NCBI GenBank assembly: GCA_902500775.1
Contig: CABVRZ010000007.1
Location: 17,412 to 81,411, forward strand
From: an uncultured Nitrospira sp.
GTDB lineage: Bacteria; Nitrospirota; Nitrospiria; Nitrospirales; Nitrospiraceae
Reading direction: 5' to 3'
Length of the DNA stretch: 64,000 nucleotides
Position 1 is the stretch's first letter. Each line of letters begins with the position of its first letter. The notes below the pieces were generated by a model, which was given only the letters and a program-made list of their open reading frames with translations, was not told the origin of the DNA and made no database searches. Shown in pieces: positions 45,825-56,111 of the stretch. Position numbers and translations under genes: made by a program.

Positions 45825-48035
45825 ATGAACATCAGGAAGCGAGTTGTTCCCCTTTCTTTCCTCACGCTGTTTTTAACCGGTGCTGTCGAGGCACAGGTTG
45901 CCGCGGCGTTCCCAGTCGATCAAGAGAGTCCACTGCTGCATCATCAGCTCTCCGTTGAGTTGACTCCAAGCACGCATGAAATTACTGCTACCGATCAGAT
46001 TGAATTAGAGATTGAGCCGAACCGTTCCTCACTCATCTTCACTCTTGCCCCGACGCTGCACATCGAATCAATCAAGATGGAGGCACCATCGACGGTAGGG
46101 AGTGAAGGGCCAGCTGGCATGACTGTGCCGTTCAGCAGGGTGCGCTCTGGAGAGGTGTCTACTCACCAGGTGGTCGTGACTCTTCCAAAAGATCATAGCC
46201 GGAAGCTGGCACTGACGTGGAGCTATCGTGGGCTCATCCAAGATCCTCCAAAGGAACCACGTCACTTACGATTTGTGACGCCAAGCGAAACGGCAGGACA
46301 TATCGGGGAAGAAGGGGTGTACTTGAGCGGGGAAAGCCAATGGTACCCGGATCTTCTCGGCTCGTTTGGGACCTATCGCATGACGGCTCGCGTTCCACAA
46401 GGATGGACAGTCGTTGCGTCTGGGCGGAAGGACGGCGAGGTGACGAGCACGGGGAAGGTGTCCTCCACCTGGGTTGTGCCGGACCGATCGGAAGCCTTCA
46501 CGTTGGTGGCCAATCGCTTTGTGACGAAGTCTCGCGTGTGGCACAGTAGCACCGGGCAGCGGATCGACCTTCAGACGTACTTCTTTCCCGACAATGCTGG
46601 GTTGGCCGATGAGTATCTCGATGCGACCGCACAGTATCTTGAAGCCTACATCAAGATTTTGGGGGACTATCCCTTTGAGGCATTTGCCGTGGTGGAAAAC
46701 TTTTTCGCAAGTGGTCTCGGGATGCCGTCCTTCACCCTCCTTGGCAGCGGGAGCATCAAGCGACACTATGTACAACCCTATGCATTAGGCCACGAAATCG
46801 TCCATTCCTGGATCGGTAATTCGGTGTTTAATCAGGATGATTCGGGGAATTGGGTCGAAGGGTTGACGACGTATCTGGCGAATTATTACTGGCATGAACT
46901 GGTGCATGACGATCGGCAAGCGTTAGAACAGCGTCGCATGATGCTGCAGGGCTACAATCTTTATGTAAGGTCGGAGGACGACTACGCGGTGTCTCAATTC
47001 CTGAGGAAGCATGACGAGAAGGATAATGCCATCGGGTACCAAAAATCGGCATTTGTGTTTCATCTGCTGCGGCAAGAGATCGGAGAAGAGTCGTTCTGGC
47101 GAGGCCTCAAGACATTCGTCAGGGAATACCGCAATCAACCGGCGGATTGGGTGGCGATCGAAAGGGTGTTTTCTCGAGAAAGTAGTCAAACGCTGCGATG
47201 GTTTTTTGGACAATGGATCGAGCAGTCCGGTGCACCAGTCATCTCATTGGGAGAGGTCCGTGCTCGCCGAGTGAACGGAGATACGAGCAAAGAAGCCTGG
47301 CAGCTGACGGTGCAGATTCAGCAAAGTGAAGGGCCTTTTCGGATAACAGTCCCGATCCGTATTATCATGAAGGAATCGACCGAGAGCAGGTCGATCAGGC
47401 TCAGCCTCTCACAAGCAAGTGTTGCCGAATTTGTCCTGCCTGATCAGCCCTTGCGGGTGGAGCTCGATCCTGATCTGATGACGTTTCGCCGATTGGCACG
47501 ACGTCAGTTGCCGCCGATGCTGAACGGCTATGTGACGGATCCACGCAAGGCCGTCCTACGTGCGTTCTCAGATCCTGCTTCTCCGTTGCAACAGATTGTC
47601 TCGCGCGTTGCTGATCATGAACTTCCGGAATCTAAACGCACGACAGCTATTGTGTCGGAAGCGTCCTCACTTCCTCAAGAGGGATCGGTCTTGGTGCTAA
47701 CTGGGGCGGGTCAGCCTCAGGCCGTTTCCAAGCTCGTGCGAGACTCGTGTGGAGACCAGGTTGATCTCAAGGAGACTGGTTTCCAGATTGATGGCCACAC
47801 GTATGATGGACCAAAGATGGCCGTCCTCTTTTCCTGTCCTCGTGCACAGGTACCGGGCAGCGTCATCACGGTCCTGTACGGTGTCACCTCAGGCGCAGTT
47901 GAGAAACTGTCACGCTTCCTGTTCTATTATGGGTGGCACAGTTACGTGATATTCCAAGATGGGACCGTGATGAAACGCGGCCTATGGCAAGGAACACCGG
48001 ATGTGAAGGAGGTATGGGTTGATGCGACGTCGTAG
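45825..48035 (+). CDS. Exported M1-family (gluzincin) metallopeptidase
   Basis: Signal peptide, GHEIVHSWIGN...NWVEGLTTY, YQKSAFVFHLLR and FFGQWIEQSGAP. Confidence 0.88.
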   Translation: MNIRKRVVPLSFLTLFLTGAVEAQVAAAFPVDQESPLLHHQLSVELTPSTHEITATDQIELEIEPNRSSLIFTLAPTLHIESIKMEAPSTVGSEGPAGMTVPFSRVRSGEVSTHQVVVTLPKDHSRKLALTWSYRGLIQDPPKEPRHLRFVTPSETAGHIGEEGVYLSGESQWYPDLLGSFGTYRMTARVPQGWTVVASGRKDGEVTSTGKVSSTWVVPDRSEAFTLVANRFVTKSRVWHSSTGQRIDLQTYFFPDNAGLADEYLDATAQYLEAYIKILGDYPFEAFAVVENFFASGLGMPSFTLLGSGSIKRHYVQPYALGHEIVHSWIGNSVFNQDDSGNWVEGLTTYLANYYWHELVHDDRQALEQRRMMLQGYNLYVRSEDDYAVSQFLRKHDEKDNAIGYQKSAFVFHLLRQEIGEESFWRGLKTFVREYRNQPADWVAIERVFSRESSQTLRWFFGQWIEQSGAPVISLGEVRARRVNGDTSKEAWQLTVQIQQSEGPFRITVPIRIIMKESTESRSIRLSLSQASVAEFVLPDQPLRVELDPDLMTFRRLARRQLPPMLNGYVTDPRKAVLRAFSDPASPLQQIVSRVADHELPESKRTTAIVSEASSLPQEGSVLVLTGAGQPQAVSKLVRDSCGDQVDLKETGFQIDGHTYDGPKMAVLFSCPRAQVPGSVITVLYGVTSGAVEKLSRFLFYYGWHSYVIFQDGTVMKRGLWQGTPDVKEVWVDATS

Positions 48036-49146
48036 TACCGAACGGTTGTGTGTATGGGGCATCTGTGTCGTGATGGGGCTCCCGCCATTCGCACTGGCAG
48101 GGGATCAGTCTCAGGACTCGACTCCTCAGGTCCGCTCCAGCGAGCATCATCTGGCCAATATTCGGCAGTTGACGGTCGGACGGCAAAACGCCGAAGCCTA
48201 TTTCTCCTTCGACGGGACGAAGCTGATCTTTCAATCGACAAACAATTGGTCGAAGGATTCGCAAACGACCACGCGTAAGCCGACTGAAAGCGGTCTCGGG
48301 TGTTATCAGATGTATGTGATGGACTTGGAAGGTGATACGGTTCGTCTCGTCAGCACCGGTAAGGGGGCTACAACCTGCGGCTATTTTTTCCCGGGTGACC
48401 GACGGGTGCTGTATTCCTCAACGCATGCCGCGGGGAGTGAATGTCCACCCAAGCCGAAACGAGACGGCGCCTATCGCTGGGCGCTCGACGACTACGATAT
48501 TTACTCCGTCCGATTGGATGGGCAGCAGATGCAACGGTTGACCTCTTCATCGGGGTATGACGCGGAGGCGACCATCTCGCCTGACGGGAAAACCATCGTG
48601 TGGACATCGGTCAAGGATGGGGATCTCGATCTCTACACGATGAACGTCGATGGGACCAACGTGCGACGGCTGACGGATGATATGGGATATGACGGTGGCG
48701 CATTCTTTTCTCCAGACAGTACCAGGGTCGTCTATCGCGCGGCCCATCCAAGTGATCCAACCGAGGTAGCCAAGTACAAAGACCTGTTGGCACAGCGGCT
48801 GGTTGAACCGGGGCAACTGGAAATATTTGTGATCAATGCCGATGGATCACACAAGCAGCAGGTCACCTCGAACGGCGCGTCGAACTTTTCTCCTTATTTT
48901 CACCCCGATGGTAAGCGCATCATCTTTTCCTCGAATCTCGAGACGAGAGGGGAAGGCGGTCGTCCTAGTTTCCATCTCTATCTCGTGCGTGATGACGGCA
49001 CAGAGATCGAGCGCCTCACCACCGAAGGACACTTCAATAGCTTCCCCATGTTTTCTCCGGATGGCAAGCGACTTGTCTGGGTCTCCGATCGACATGCGAA
49101 GGCACCGGGGGAATTCAATGTGTTTTTGGCTGATTGGGTTCCATAA
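48019..49146 (+). CDS. TolB-like/PD40 beta-propeller periplasmic protein
   Basis: Repeated PD40 units (AYFSFDG, ATISPDG, AFFSPD, PYFHPDG, PMFSPDG) and a signal peptide. Confidence 0.9.
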   Translation: MMRRRSTERLCVWGICVVMGLPPFALAGDQSQDSTPQVRSSEHHLANIRQLTVGRQNAEAYFSFDGTKLIFQSTNNWSKDSQTTTRKPTESGLGCYQMYVMDLEGDTVRLVSTGKGATTCGYFFPGDRRVLYSSTHAAGSECPPKPKRDGAYRWALDDYDIYSVRLDGQQMQRLTSSSGYDAEATISPDGKTIVWTSVKDGDLDLYTMNVDGTNVRRLTDDMGYDGGAFFSPDSTRVVYRAAHPSDPTEVAKYKDLLAQRLVEPGQLEIFVINADGSHKQQVTSNGASNFSPYFHPDGKRIIFSSNLETRGEGGRPSFHLYLVRDDGTEIERLTTEGHFNSFPMFSPDGKRLVWVSDRHAKAPGEFNVFLADWVP

Positions 49147-49217
49147 GTCGAGCCAATCAGCAATGAGCGAGTGGTAGGTCGTTCGACGACTTCACGGGCC
49201 TTGGTTCAAGTCGCAGC

Positions 49218-50312
49218 GTGATGAGCGTTCCGCCGCAACCATCCAATCCTACTGTTGCCGTATTCGCCCAAGTTGGTTGTTCCTGTCTGGCCTTGGGCAT
49301 CAGCTTGTTCGGCCTGGCCCGATTTGATCTCCCGATTACCAAGTACGTGCGCTCAGTGACGATTCACCTTCCTTGGGATCAACTGACCATTTCTTGGATG
49401 GCGTTCACCAGCAATTTGGGAGACTGGATTGGCCAAGGGTGGCGCCTGGCATTCTTGAGCATCCTCCTACTCGCTCTCGCATGGGCCCTTGAAAGGCCAA
49501 CTATCAAGAACGCGGCGATTCAGACGATGATCGCCCATGCGATCGCGGCCCTACTTGCGAATGTGCTGAAGCACCTCATCGGCAGGCCCCGTCCGAAGTT
49601 TGTCCACTCGGGTGACTGGCAGATGAGCTTCTCCTTCGTCTCCGGCCTCGACTCCTTCCCATCGGGACATAGTACGGCGACATTTGCCATTGCGACCGTG
49701 CTGGCCAAGCGCTTTCCCGTCATGAGCCCATTATGCCTGGCGATCGCCTTGTTCGTTGGGATCAGCCGTGTATTACGGGGGTCGCATTTCCCGACTGATG
49801 TGATGGGAGGGGCTGTCATCGGGATTCTCAGTGGTTTCGTAGCAGCCGCGCCACTACGTCAATGGCGTACATCATTGCGAGACGGACTTCACTATGCCGC
49901 AATCACTGCCTCCAGTGTGCTCGGTATGCTATGGACCCTGTCACATCAGATGGAGGAGGGAGTGACTGGTCTCGTGTTCGTGCTGATGGGGATTCTCTGC
50001 GTTGTCGGGGGAGTGTGGAGTCGGAAAGATCGTTGGCTGAAGGATAATGATTTCAGTCAAGCGTCATGGCAGGCTACTGTTTCCATTCCTCTCATGGCCT
50101 TTGGAGTTGCTGCTCTGACCACGTCACCCCTTGTGGTCGCGTCAGTGGGCTGCGTGTGTGTCGCAACTTGGCTTCGGACTCGCAGGCATGTTCAAGAACC
50201 GGCTGAACAGGCTAGGAGATGGTACGTCATACGGGAAGGCGCAATTATGGGGAGTCTGGGGCTTGCCATAGTGTTGTTGGTAGATGCGCGAGGAGTCCTC
50301 CCGTTTCAGTAA
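49218..50312 (+). CDS. PAP2 family membrane phosphatase (LpxE/LpxF/UppP-like)
   Basis: All three motifs are intact: KHLIGRPRP, FPSGHS and SRVLRGSHFPTD. Extra C-terminal TM helices. Confidence 0.9.
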   Translation: MMSVPPQPSNPTVAVFAQVGCSCLALGISLFGLARFDLPITKYVRSVTIHLPWDQLTISWMAFTSNLGDWIGQGWRLAFLSILLLALAWALERPTIKNAAIQTMIAHAIAALLANVLKHLIGRPRPKFVHSGDWQMSFSFVSGLDSFPSGHSTATFAIATVLAKRFPVMSPLCLAIALFVGISRVLRGSHFPTDVMGGAVIGILSGFVAAAPLRQWRTSLRDGLHYAAITASSVLGMLWTLSHQMEEGVTGLVFVLMGILCVVGGVWSRKDRWLKDNDFSQASWQATVSIPLMAFGVAALTTSPLVVASVGCVCVATWLRTRRHVQEPAEQARRWYVIREGAIMGSLGLAIVLLVDARGVLPFQ

Positions 50313-50414
50313 TCATGGTCTCATGCGTGACTCATCTGAGGGACACCTCAGGCGAAATAGTGCGCAACGAGAAAGTCCCCTTGGTTCGACTCTTCAGAGC
50401 AGCTCGGCGAGAGA

Positions 50415-52175
50415 TCAATGAGGCAGAGCCTTGGAGGGGTGGGGGCTGTCGACCGCCACTCCCTGAGGTGCAGCGACAACGGGCTGATTGCTGAGCAAGA
50501 GAAAGCCGTATCGTTTGAGGATAGGCTGAAATCCCGCTGCTTCTTGTGGCAAGGTCTCTTGAAGATATTCCGGTAAGAGAATCATGGTGCGGCCGTCTTT
50601 GCCGAGAGCGGTCCGCAAGCGGTCGAGCTCATTGTGCGGAATGAAGCTCACGGTGCGTCGGGCGTAGAAGGCGAACGAGGGGCGCGTGGTGCCGAATGCG
50701 ATGAGCTGGTCCGTTGGGGTGAGATTCAACCCGGCGGCATAGGCCAGCTCTTGCGGCGGCGCAATCGCATAGCGATTGAGTCCCGGTATAACGGTGAGGA
50801 TGGCAACGAGGAAGACGCTCGCCAATGCGCCTCCGGCCGCGCCGAACGCGAGTCCCCGCTTCTCATCGTTCAGTCCAAAATATCCGACCAGCCCCATGGC
50901 GACGACGACGATCATCGCGCCAACATAGGGGCCAGGACCAAGATCGAATTGGGTGGCGAGAGGAAACTCCTTCACCATTGTCCCGGAGAATTTGGCGAAG
51001 AGGGCAGGGGCACTGGCCAACCCAATCGCGACGAGATACCCGATACCCATCAAAAAGTGAATAGAGGAGCGCAATCCTTTGGTTGAGGGCTCATGTAATC
51101 CTTGCGTCCAATAGGAAGCCGCGAGGATCGCACAGGCTGGAAATAACGGGCCAATATAATGGGGTAAGCGAGTGGATGAGAGGCTGAAGAAGATGAACAC
51201 GCCGACAATCCAGAACCCCATAAACCAGTCCAGCTCCTCCTGAGAAACCTCGGAGGCCTCGGATGCGGAAGGTGCTTGGATCAGGCTCTGCGCCGTGCGG
51301 AATGCGCGCCAGCTGATGTAGGCACGATAGAGTCCAGCAGGCAGGAAGCTACTCCAGGGATAAAACCCGAGCAGTAACACAGGAAAGTAGAACCACCAAC
51401 CCACGCCATGTCCCTCCATGGGAGCGAGGAATCGTCCTACCGTATGGACCTTTGCTTCCGAAGAGTAGGCATCTCCGTGGATCAAGAACATGGCCGTGTA
51501 CCAAGGACCGGCTAGGATGACAACGAGCAAGGCGCCCGCAAGGGGAGCGCCGCGTTCCCAAAAGATGTGCCATCGTCGCGTGGCGATGAGGTAGAGGAGC
51601 GCCGTGATCAATGGAACGGCAAATCCTACCGGCCCCTTCGTCAAGGTAGCTAAGGCCATACCCACATAAAATCCCCAGATCCAGTGTCGACCTGAACCCG
51701 ATTCATGCATGCCGAGCCAAAAACTATAGAGCGACAGCGTGGTGAAAAAGATCAAGACACTATCGGTAATGGCCATACGTCCGAGCGCCAAGATCTCGAT
51801 GTTCAGCAGTAACATGAGGGCGCCATACAGTCCAACCGTTGGTCCGCGTAGCCTGGTCAGAAACAGATAGTGCATGACGATCAGGGCGACCCCGAAGAGC
51901 GCGGATGGAAATCTGGCGGCGAACTCATTGACCCCAAAGACGTGGTAGGACGCGGTCATGAGCCAATAGACGAAGACCGGTTTGGCGACCCGGAGCTCTC
52001 CATTGAACGTGGGGGTGACGAGATCACCGGACGCGAACATCTCACGCCCGGCTTCGGCATTGCGGCCCTCATCACGATCGGTCAAGCCCATGCCCCCGAG
52101 GCCAATGAAAAAGAGCAGGCTAGACAAAAGGAGCAAGAGCAGTAGGGGGATGGGTTGAGGTGATGATTGATCCAT
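50415..52175 (-). CDS. ArnT-like (GT83/PMT_2) polyprenyl-phosphate-sugar transferase
   Basis: DRDEGRNAEAGREM, KPVFVYW, FAARFPSA and LTKGPVG. Many TM helices. Confidence 0.92.
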   Translation of the reverse strand: MDQSSPQPIPLLLLLLLSSLLFFIGLGGMGLTDRDEGRNAEAGREMFASGDLVTPTFNGELRVAKPVFVYWLMTASYHVFGVNEFAARFPSALFGVALIVMHYLFLTRLRGPTVGLYGALMLLLNIEILALGRMAITDSVLIFFTTLSLYSFWLGMHESGSGRHWIWGFYVGMALATLTKGPVGFAVPLITALLYLIATRRWHIFWERGAPLAGALLVVILAGPWYTAMFLIHGDAYSSEAKVHTVGRFLAPMEGHGVGWWFYFPVLLLGFYPWSSFLPAGLYRAYISWRAFRTAQSLIQAPSASEASEVSQEELDWFMGFWIVGVFIFFSLSSTRLPHYIGPLFPACAILAASYWTQGLHEPSTKGLRSSIHFLMGIGYLVAIGLASAPALFAKFSGTMVKEFPLATQFDLGPGPYVGAMIVVVAMGLVGYFGLNDEKRGLAFGAAGGALASVFLVAILTVIPGLNRYAIAPPQELAYAAGLNLTPTDQLIAFGTTRPSFAFYARRTVSFIPHNELDRLRTALGKDGRTMILLPEYLQETLPQEAAGFQPILKRYGFLLLSNQPVVAAPQGVAVDSPHPSKALPH

Positions 52176-52239
52176 GATCAGGGTAATCAGTATCGATGGG
52201 CGAAAACAGTCGGCGAACAGGCAACGGCTTTCCAGGTGA

Positions 52240-52530
52240 TCATGTTTGCGGTGTGGACGGGTTCTTGGTTTGGTCCGTCCGGTGGATGAGGATCAAATTC
52301 CGTACATACACGAACGTCCCAACGCCTTGTCCTGAGATAAAGACCGGATCTTTCCGGTAGATGGCGTAGGCGAGGGTGATCAGTCCTCCGATCAGACTCA
52401 TATACCAAAAAGAAACCGGGACACGGCTTTCAGCATTCCGTTCTGAGGCGAGCCATTGCACCACCCAGCGGCCAAAGAACAGGGCTTGGCCGAAAAACCC
52501 GATCCCAACCCAGATTGTTTCAGTGGTCAT
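52240..52530 (-). CDS. Lipid A biosynthesis N-terminal (LAB_N) domain protein
   Basis: GFFGQALFFGRWVVQWLASER...PVSFWYMSLIGG...RKDPVFISGQ. Confidence 0.9.
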   Translation of the reverse strand: MTTETIWVGIGFFGQALFFGRWVVQWLASERNAESRVPVSFWYMSLIGGLITLAYAIYRKDPVFISGQGVGTFVYVRNLILIHRTDQTKNPSTPQT

Positions 52531-53329
52531 GAGGCGCTTGGAGGGAGATGCTCATGGTCTGTTCCTGCAGGAGCGTCTTCAGTCTCGTGGGGTTTGGTTG
52601 TTGGTTGCGAAATTTGTACTGAATCACGCGGTTCTGCATCCACCGCACCGCAATCAGATCGTACAGTGATTTGAAGAGACGATTGCCCATTCCATATTTC
52701 GATACGCCGTGAATCCGGGGATAGTGACGAACGGGCACTTCGGTAACCGTGAACCCGTACATCAACGCGAGAGCCGGGAAGAATCGATGCATGCCCTCAA
52801 ACAGCCGGATTTCTTCCAGCACCGGGCGCCGGAATACCTTGAGCGGGCATCCCGTATCGTGGACCCCGTCGTGTATAAAATAGTTTCGGAATCGATTGGC
52901 GACCAACGACGAGAGTTTTTTCACGAGCCCGTCCTGACGTTGTTGCCTCCATCCGCACACCACATCATGGGTGGTCGTATGCGGCAGAAGTTTCAAGATA
53001 TCTTCACAGTCCTGTTGGAGGTCGCCGTCGATCTGGATGATGAGTTCGCCGGAAGATTGGAGAAAGCCAGCCTCCAACGCACAGGTTTTTCCGTAGTTGC
53101 GATCAAAATGGAAGACACGGACTTGCTGGTGCTGGGTGGCCAAACGGTCCAGTTCTTCACTGCTTCCATCGGTGCTCCCATCGTCGACGAAAATAATTTC
53201 ATACGGACGGGAGTGAGACAGCTCGTACGAATCCATCACTTTCATCAGGCTGGCGACGAGCAGAGACAGGTTCCCCCGTTCATCCTTGATCGGGATGATC
53301 ACAGAAGCCCAAGGGGATAGTGAGGTCAT
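52520..53329 (-). CDS. GT2 polyprenyl-phosphate glycosyltransferase (ArnC/RgtE/DPM-like)
   Basis: FVDDGSTDGS, RNYGKT, IDGDLQ, DTGCPLK, MHRFFPAL and HYPRIHGVSKY. Confidence 0.92.
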   Translation of the reverse strand: MTSLSPWASVIIPIKDERGNLSLLVASLMKVMDSYELSHSRPYEIIFVDDGSTDGSSEELDRLATQHQQVRVFHFDRNYGKTCALEAGFLQSSGELIIQIDGDLQQDCEDILKLLPHTTTHDVVCGWRQQRQDGLVKKLSSLVANRFRNYFIHDGVHDTGCPLKVFRRPVLEEIRLFEGMHRFFPALALMYGFTVTEVPVRHYPRIHGVSKYGMGNRLFKSLYDLIAVRWMQNRVIQYKFRNQQPNPTRLKTLLQEQTMSISLQAPHDH

Positions 53330-53441
53330 AGTGCGCAAAACCAAAGCACGCAATGCTGCATTGGACAGGGCATTTTAGCGGAAGGGAGAAAGGGGGTCAA
53401 ACGCTGGTGGAGAATGGTTCAAGGGTGCAAAAGAATAGGGG

Positions 53442-54005
53442 TCACTTGCTGGCGGTCACGACGGTGAAGCGCATGGTGCCCATCAAACTCATCTCGTTGA
53501 TTTGCTCACCGATATGGATCTCAACTTTGTATCGACCGGGCTTCCAGCCTCCGCTGGGTGATGACAATCTAAGGTACCCACTGTCATCCTCTAAGGCGAT
53601 GCGCATGGCATCCTCGCTCACCAGGGTTTCCGGCGAGAGCCCAGCCACCTGTTCGGGTGTGCAACGGCCAAACACCGTGAAAGCCTGATAGTGTTGATGC
53701 AGGGTAAAGACGATGACAATGGCCGTCACATCCGCAGAGAATCGTTCCGTGGGGTTAATCGGCAGGATCTCATGGGTACGCTGGAAACCCAAGCGCTCCT
53801 CAAAGTCCTCCGCCAGGGTAATCGAACGAAACAAGCCCTGTGGGGGGGCATCAAAGTCGTAGGTCTTGACGTCTTCTGTGCGGTTTTGAAACTCGGAGAT
53901 CGGCACATTGCCCGTGAGGGGGAGTTCCTCGCTTGTCACCACCGTGCTCCATAGGAAGGCGAGCATCATTCCCATGCCAGCTACGGTTGATTGTCTCGTC
54001 ACCAT
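53442..54005 (-). CDS. Exported hypothetical protein, probable Ig-like C-terminal fold
   Basis: N-terminal hydrophobic segment, GWKPGRYKVEIHIG...RFTV. Confidence 0.65.
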   Translation of the reverse strand: MVTRQSTVAGMGMMLAFLWSTVVTSEELPLTGNVPISEFQNRTEDVKTYDFDAPPQGLFRSITLAEDFEERLGFQRTHEILPINPTERFSADVTAIVIVFTLHQHYQAFTVFGRCTPEQVAGLSPETLVSEDAMRIALEDDSGYLRLSSPSGGWKPGRYKVEIHIGEQINEMSLMGTMRFTVVTASK

Positions 54006-54151
54006 GTCTGTCTGCTACACCCGACGCCGTGGTACTGTCAAGGAAACAGGGAGCCAACGACCCATTGCGACGTTTTCGAGCCATCTGTTAGGATTTCCTC
54101 CGCTCTTCCTCCGATTTCTCGACAACAGGTATGAAATGGTGATGGAACACA

Positions 54152-55570
54152 ATGTTGCAAGACGCTGATGCCCTTCCACAGTTAATTGGTGACTACAAGC
54201 CACTCGACCAGTGGCAGACCCATCTCAATCAGATTTTCTACGGGTTACGAGGAGACCAGCTCCGATCCTACTACCAGACCTTCGCGTCCGCAGACTTTAG
54301 ACTGGGCCATGCGTTGGCCGCTGACTACTACGAGCAGGTCACAAAACGAGAGAGGGTTCAGGCTCGTCAATCGTCACCCCTCTCGCCCCTCACCGTACTA
54401 GAGTTGGGTCCTGGCAACGGCAATCTGGCTGCATGCTTCTTGCCCCACCTTCAGGTATTGGACAAACAGGGGACAATCTATCCCCGTCTGCGGTATGTCC
54501 TGGTGGATTGGGAGCAGCCGGTGTTGGATGGCGCGCTAGCCCATCCAGCGTTAGCGGCGCACCGGGATCGTGTGGATAGTCACTGTGGTTCGATTGAACA
54601 GATGGCCGGCCTGGCCGATGGAACGGTGGACCGTATCTTCTGCAATGAGCTGTGGAATGATCTGCCGACGAAACTGTTGGCGAAACACGGAGGGGAGATC
54701 GAGGAAGAGTATATTCGCCCGAACTTGAGTGAGTTTCTCCATGCCAAGATCCAGGATTGGTCTGGGTTCGTCCGGGCTTTTCAAGAGAAGGATCTCGAGG
54801 CACTCAAGACGTTTCCGCCATTTTTAGATGAACTGGTTTGGGAAAAGGAGTACCGGAACGTCGAGTGGAAAGACGTCCCTTACCGTAAGACCATCGTGGA
54901 GTTTTTGCAGTCTATCGATCAAGAAGTCTTGGTGCCGGTGAATCTCGGTGCCTTTGTGACGTTGAAGGAAGCCAAGCGATTGCTGGCCCCAGATGCCGTG
55001 GGACTCAGTGTGTTTGATGCCGGTACGGACGACCGGAAGGTGCTGAACGATCCGGAGAAGCCGTGCTACGGCCAATTCGGTGGGCAGTATAGTTTTATGA
55101 TCAACTTCGCGCTGGTCGAGGCCGTGGCGAAACACCTGGGCTTCACGCAGACCACCCTCGAGCCGCAGCGGGAATTTGTGGGGCGATCGTTGAACACGAA
55201 CGTCATCACCCTGATGGATCTTTTGGCCACTCATCCGTCTGCAGGGCCGAGGCTCCAACCCTGGGAACAGGACCGCCTTGTGCTGAAGACCATTCGTGCG
55301 CTGAATGAGACATTTGAAAGCCCCTATCGCCGTCGGCTCTCGTTTCCCTTGGACACCACGATCCCACCGGAGGAACGAGAGGCCTTGGGGGCAATTCTGC
55401 GTTCATTGAAAGACAATGGGATACCCGACACCGTGGCTTACGTGAGCGAAGAGGAACTTACGCGCGCGCAGAGAGAGTTGGAAGAAATTGGCTATGAACC
55501 AGATGCGATCGCGATGGCCATGAGCGCCCCTCCCAGCCCGATCGAATATTGCCACTTTGCGTCTCGGTAA
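54152..55570 (+). CDS. SAM-dependent methyltransferase, MidA/NDUFAF7 (DUF185)-like
   Basis: Motif I VLELGPGNGNLA, YVLVD and IFCNELWNDLP. Confidence 0.8.
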   Translation: MLQDADALPQLIGDYKPLDQWQTHLNQIFYGLRGDQLRSYYQTFASADFRLGHALAADYYEQVTKRERVQARQSSPLSPLTVLELGPGNGNLAACFLPHLQVLDKQGTIYPRLRYVLVDWEQPVLDGALAHPALAAHRDRVDSHCGSIEQMAGLADGTVDRIFCNELWNDLPTKLLAKHGGEIEEEYIRPNLSEFLHAKIQDWSGFVRAFQEKDLEALKTFPPFLDELVWEKEYRNVEWKDVPYRKTIVEFLQSIDQEVLVPVNLGAFVTLKEAKRLLAPDAVGLSVFDAGTDDRKVLNDPEKPCYGQFGGQYSFMINFALVEAVAKHLGFTQTTLEPQREFVGRSLNTNVITLMDLLATHPSAGPRLQPWEQDRLVLKTIRALNETFESPYRRRLSFPLDTTIPPEEREALGAILRSLKDNGIPDTVAYVSEEELTRAQRELEEIGYEPDAIAMAMSAPPSPIEYCHFASR

Positions 55571-55739
55571 CAGGCCACACCGGCTGCACCAGGCACAGGC
55601 TCCCGTGGGATTGTTTGATGAGGGAGGTTGCATTCAGCCTACCGATGCATCCAGAATGCAAAGCATAGATGCGCGTGAGCCAGCGTCACGACGTCCAAGA
55701 CACAAAGAGATGAAGCTGGCGGAACATCAGGAGAAGATC

Positions 55740-55943
55740 ATGAGTGCCTTTGGTACAGGCATCGCCGGACTCGTGGGGACCGTGGTGTTTCTCATGGGGA
55801 TGTTGTCCTTTGCCCAAAGAAGATGGCTCGTTGGTTGCGCATGGTTGATTTCGGGCGTGTTCCTGATTGGCCTCTTAACGTTCCTCGACAAACCGGGATC
55901 TCATCCATCAGAACCGGCCACAGTCCGATCGACGGGCGGGTAG
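55740..55943 (+). CDS. Small two-TM membrane protein
   Basis: AGGAG SD before ATG 55740. Two hydrophobic helices; 67 aa. Confidence 0.5.
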   Translation: MSAFGTGIAGLVGTVVFLMGMLSFAQRRWLVGCAWLISGVFLIGLLTFLDKPGSHPSEPATVRSTGG

Positions 55944-56072
55944 TTTCCGCCACGATATCGATCATCCCTCCCCATTCTAAAAATCTGCGGACAGTAGTAT
56001 CCCGTGCGAGGCTATATGCTTCCAGCATCTGGTCCAACCTCACAGTTCGCACTGCCTGGTAAGCCCGTCTCT

Positions 56073-56111
56073 TGTATCCAAATAGATTCAGGGCGAATCT
56101 AAAAGGATACA
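56073..56111. promoter_or_regulatory. 39-bp dyad (candidate enhancer-binding-protein site) upstream of hcp
   Basis: TGTATCC-AAA-TAGATTC-AGGGC-GAATCTA-AAA-GGATACA contains two nested perfect 7-bp inverted repeats, 105-143 bp upstream of the -24 box. Confidence 0.6.
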
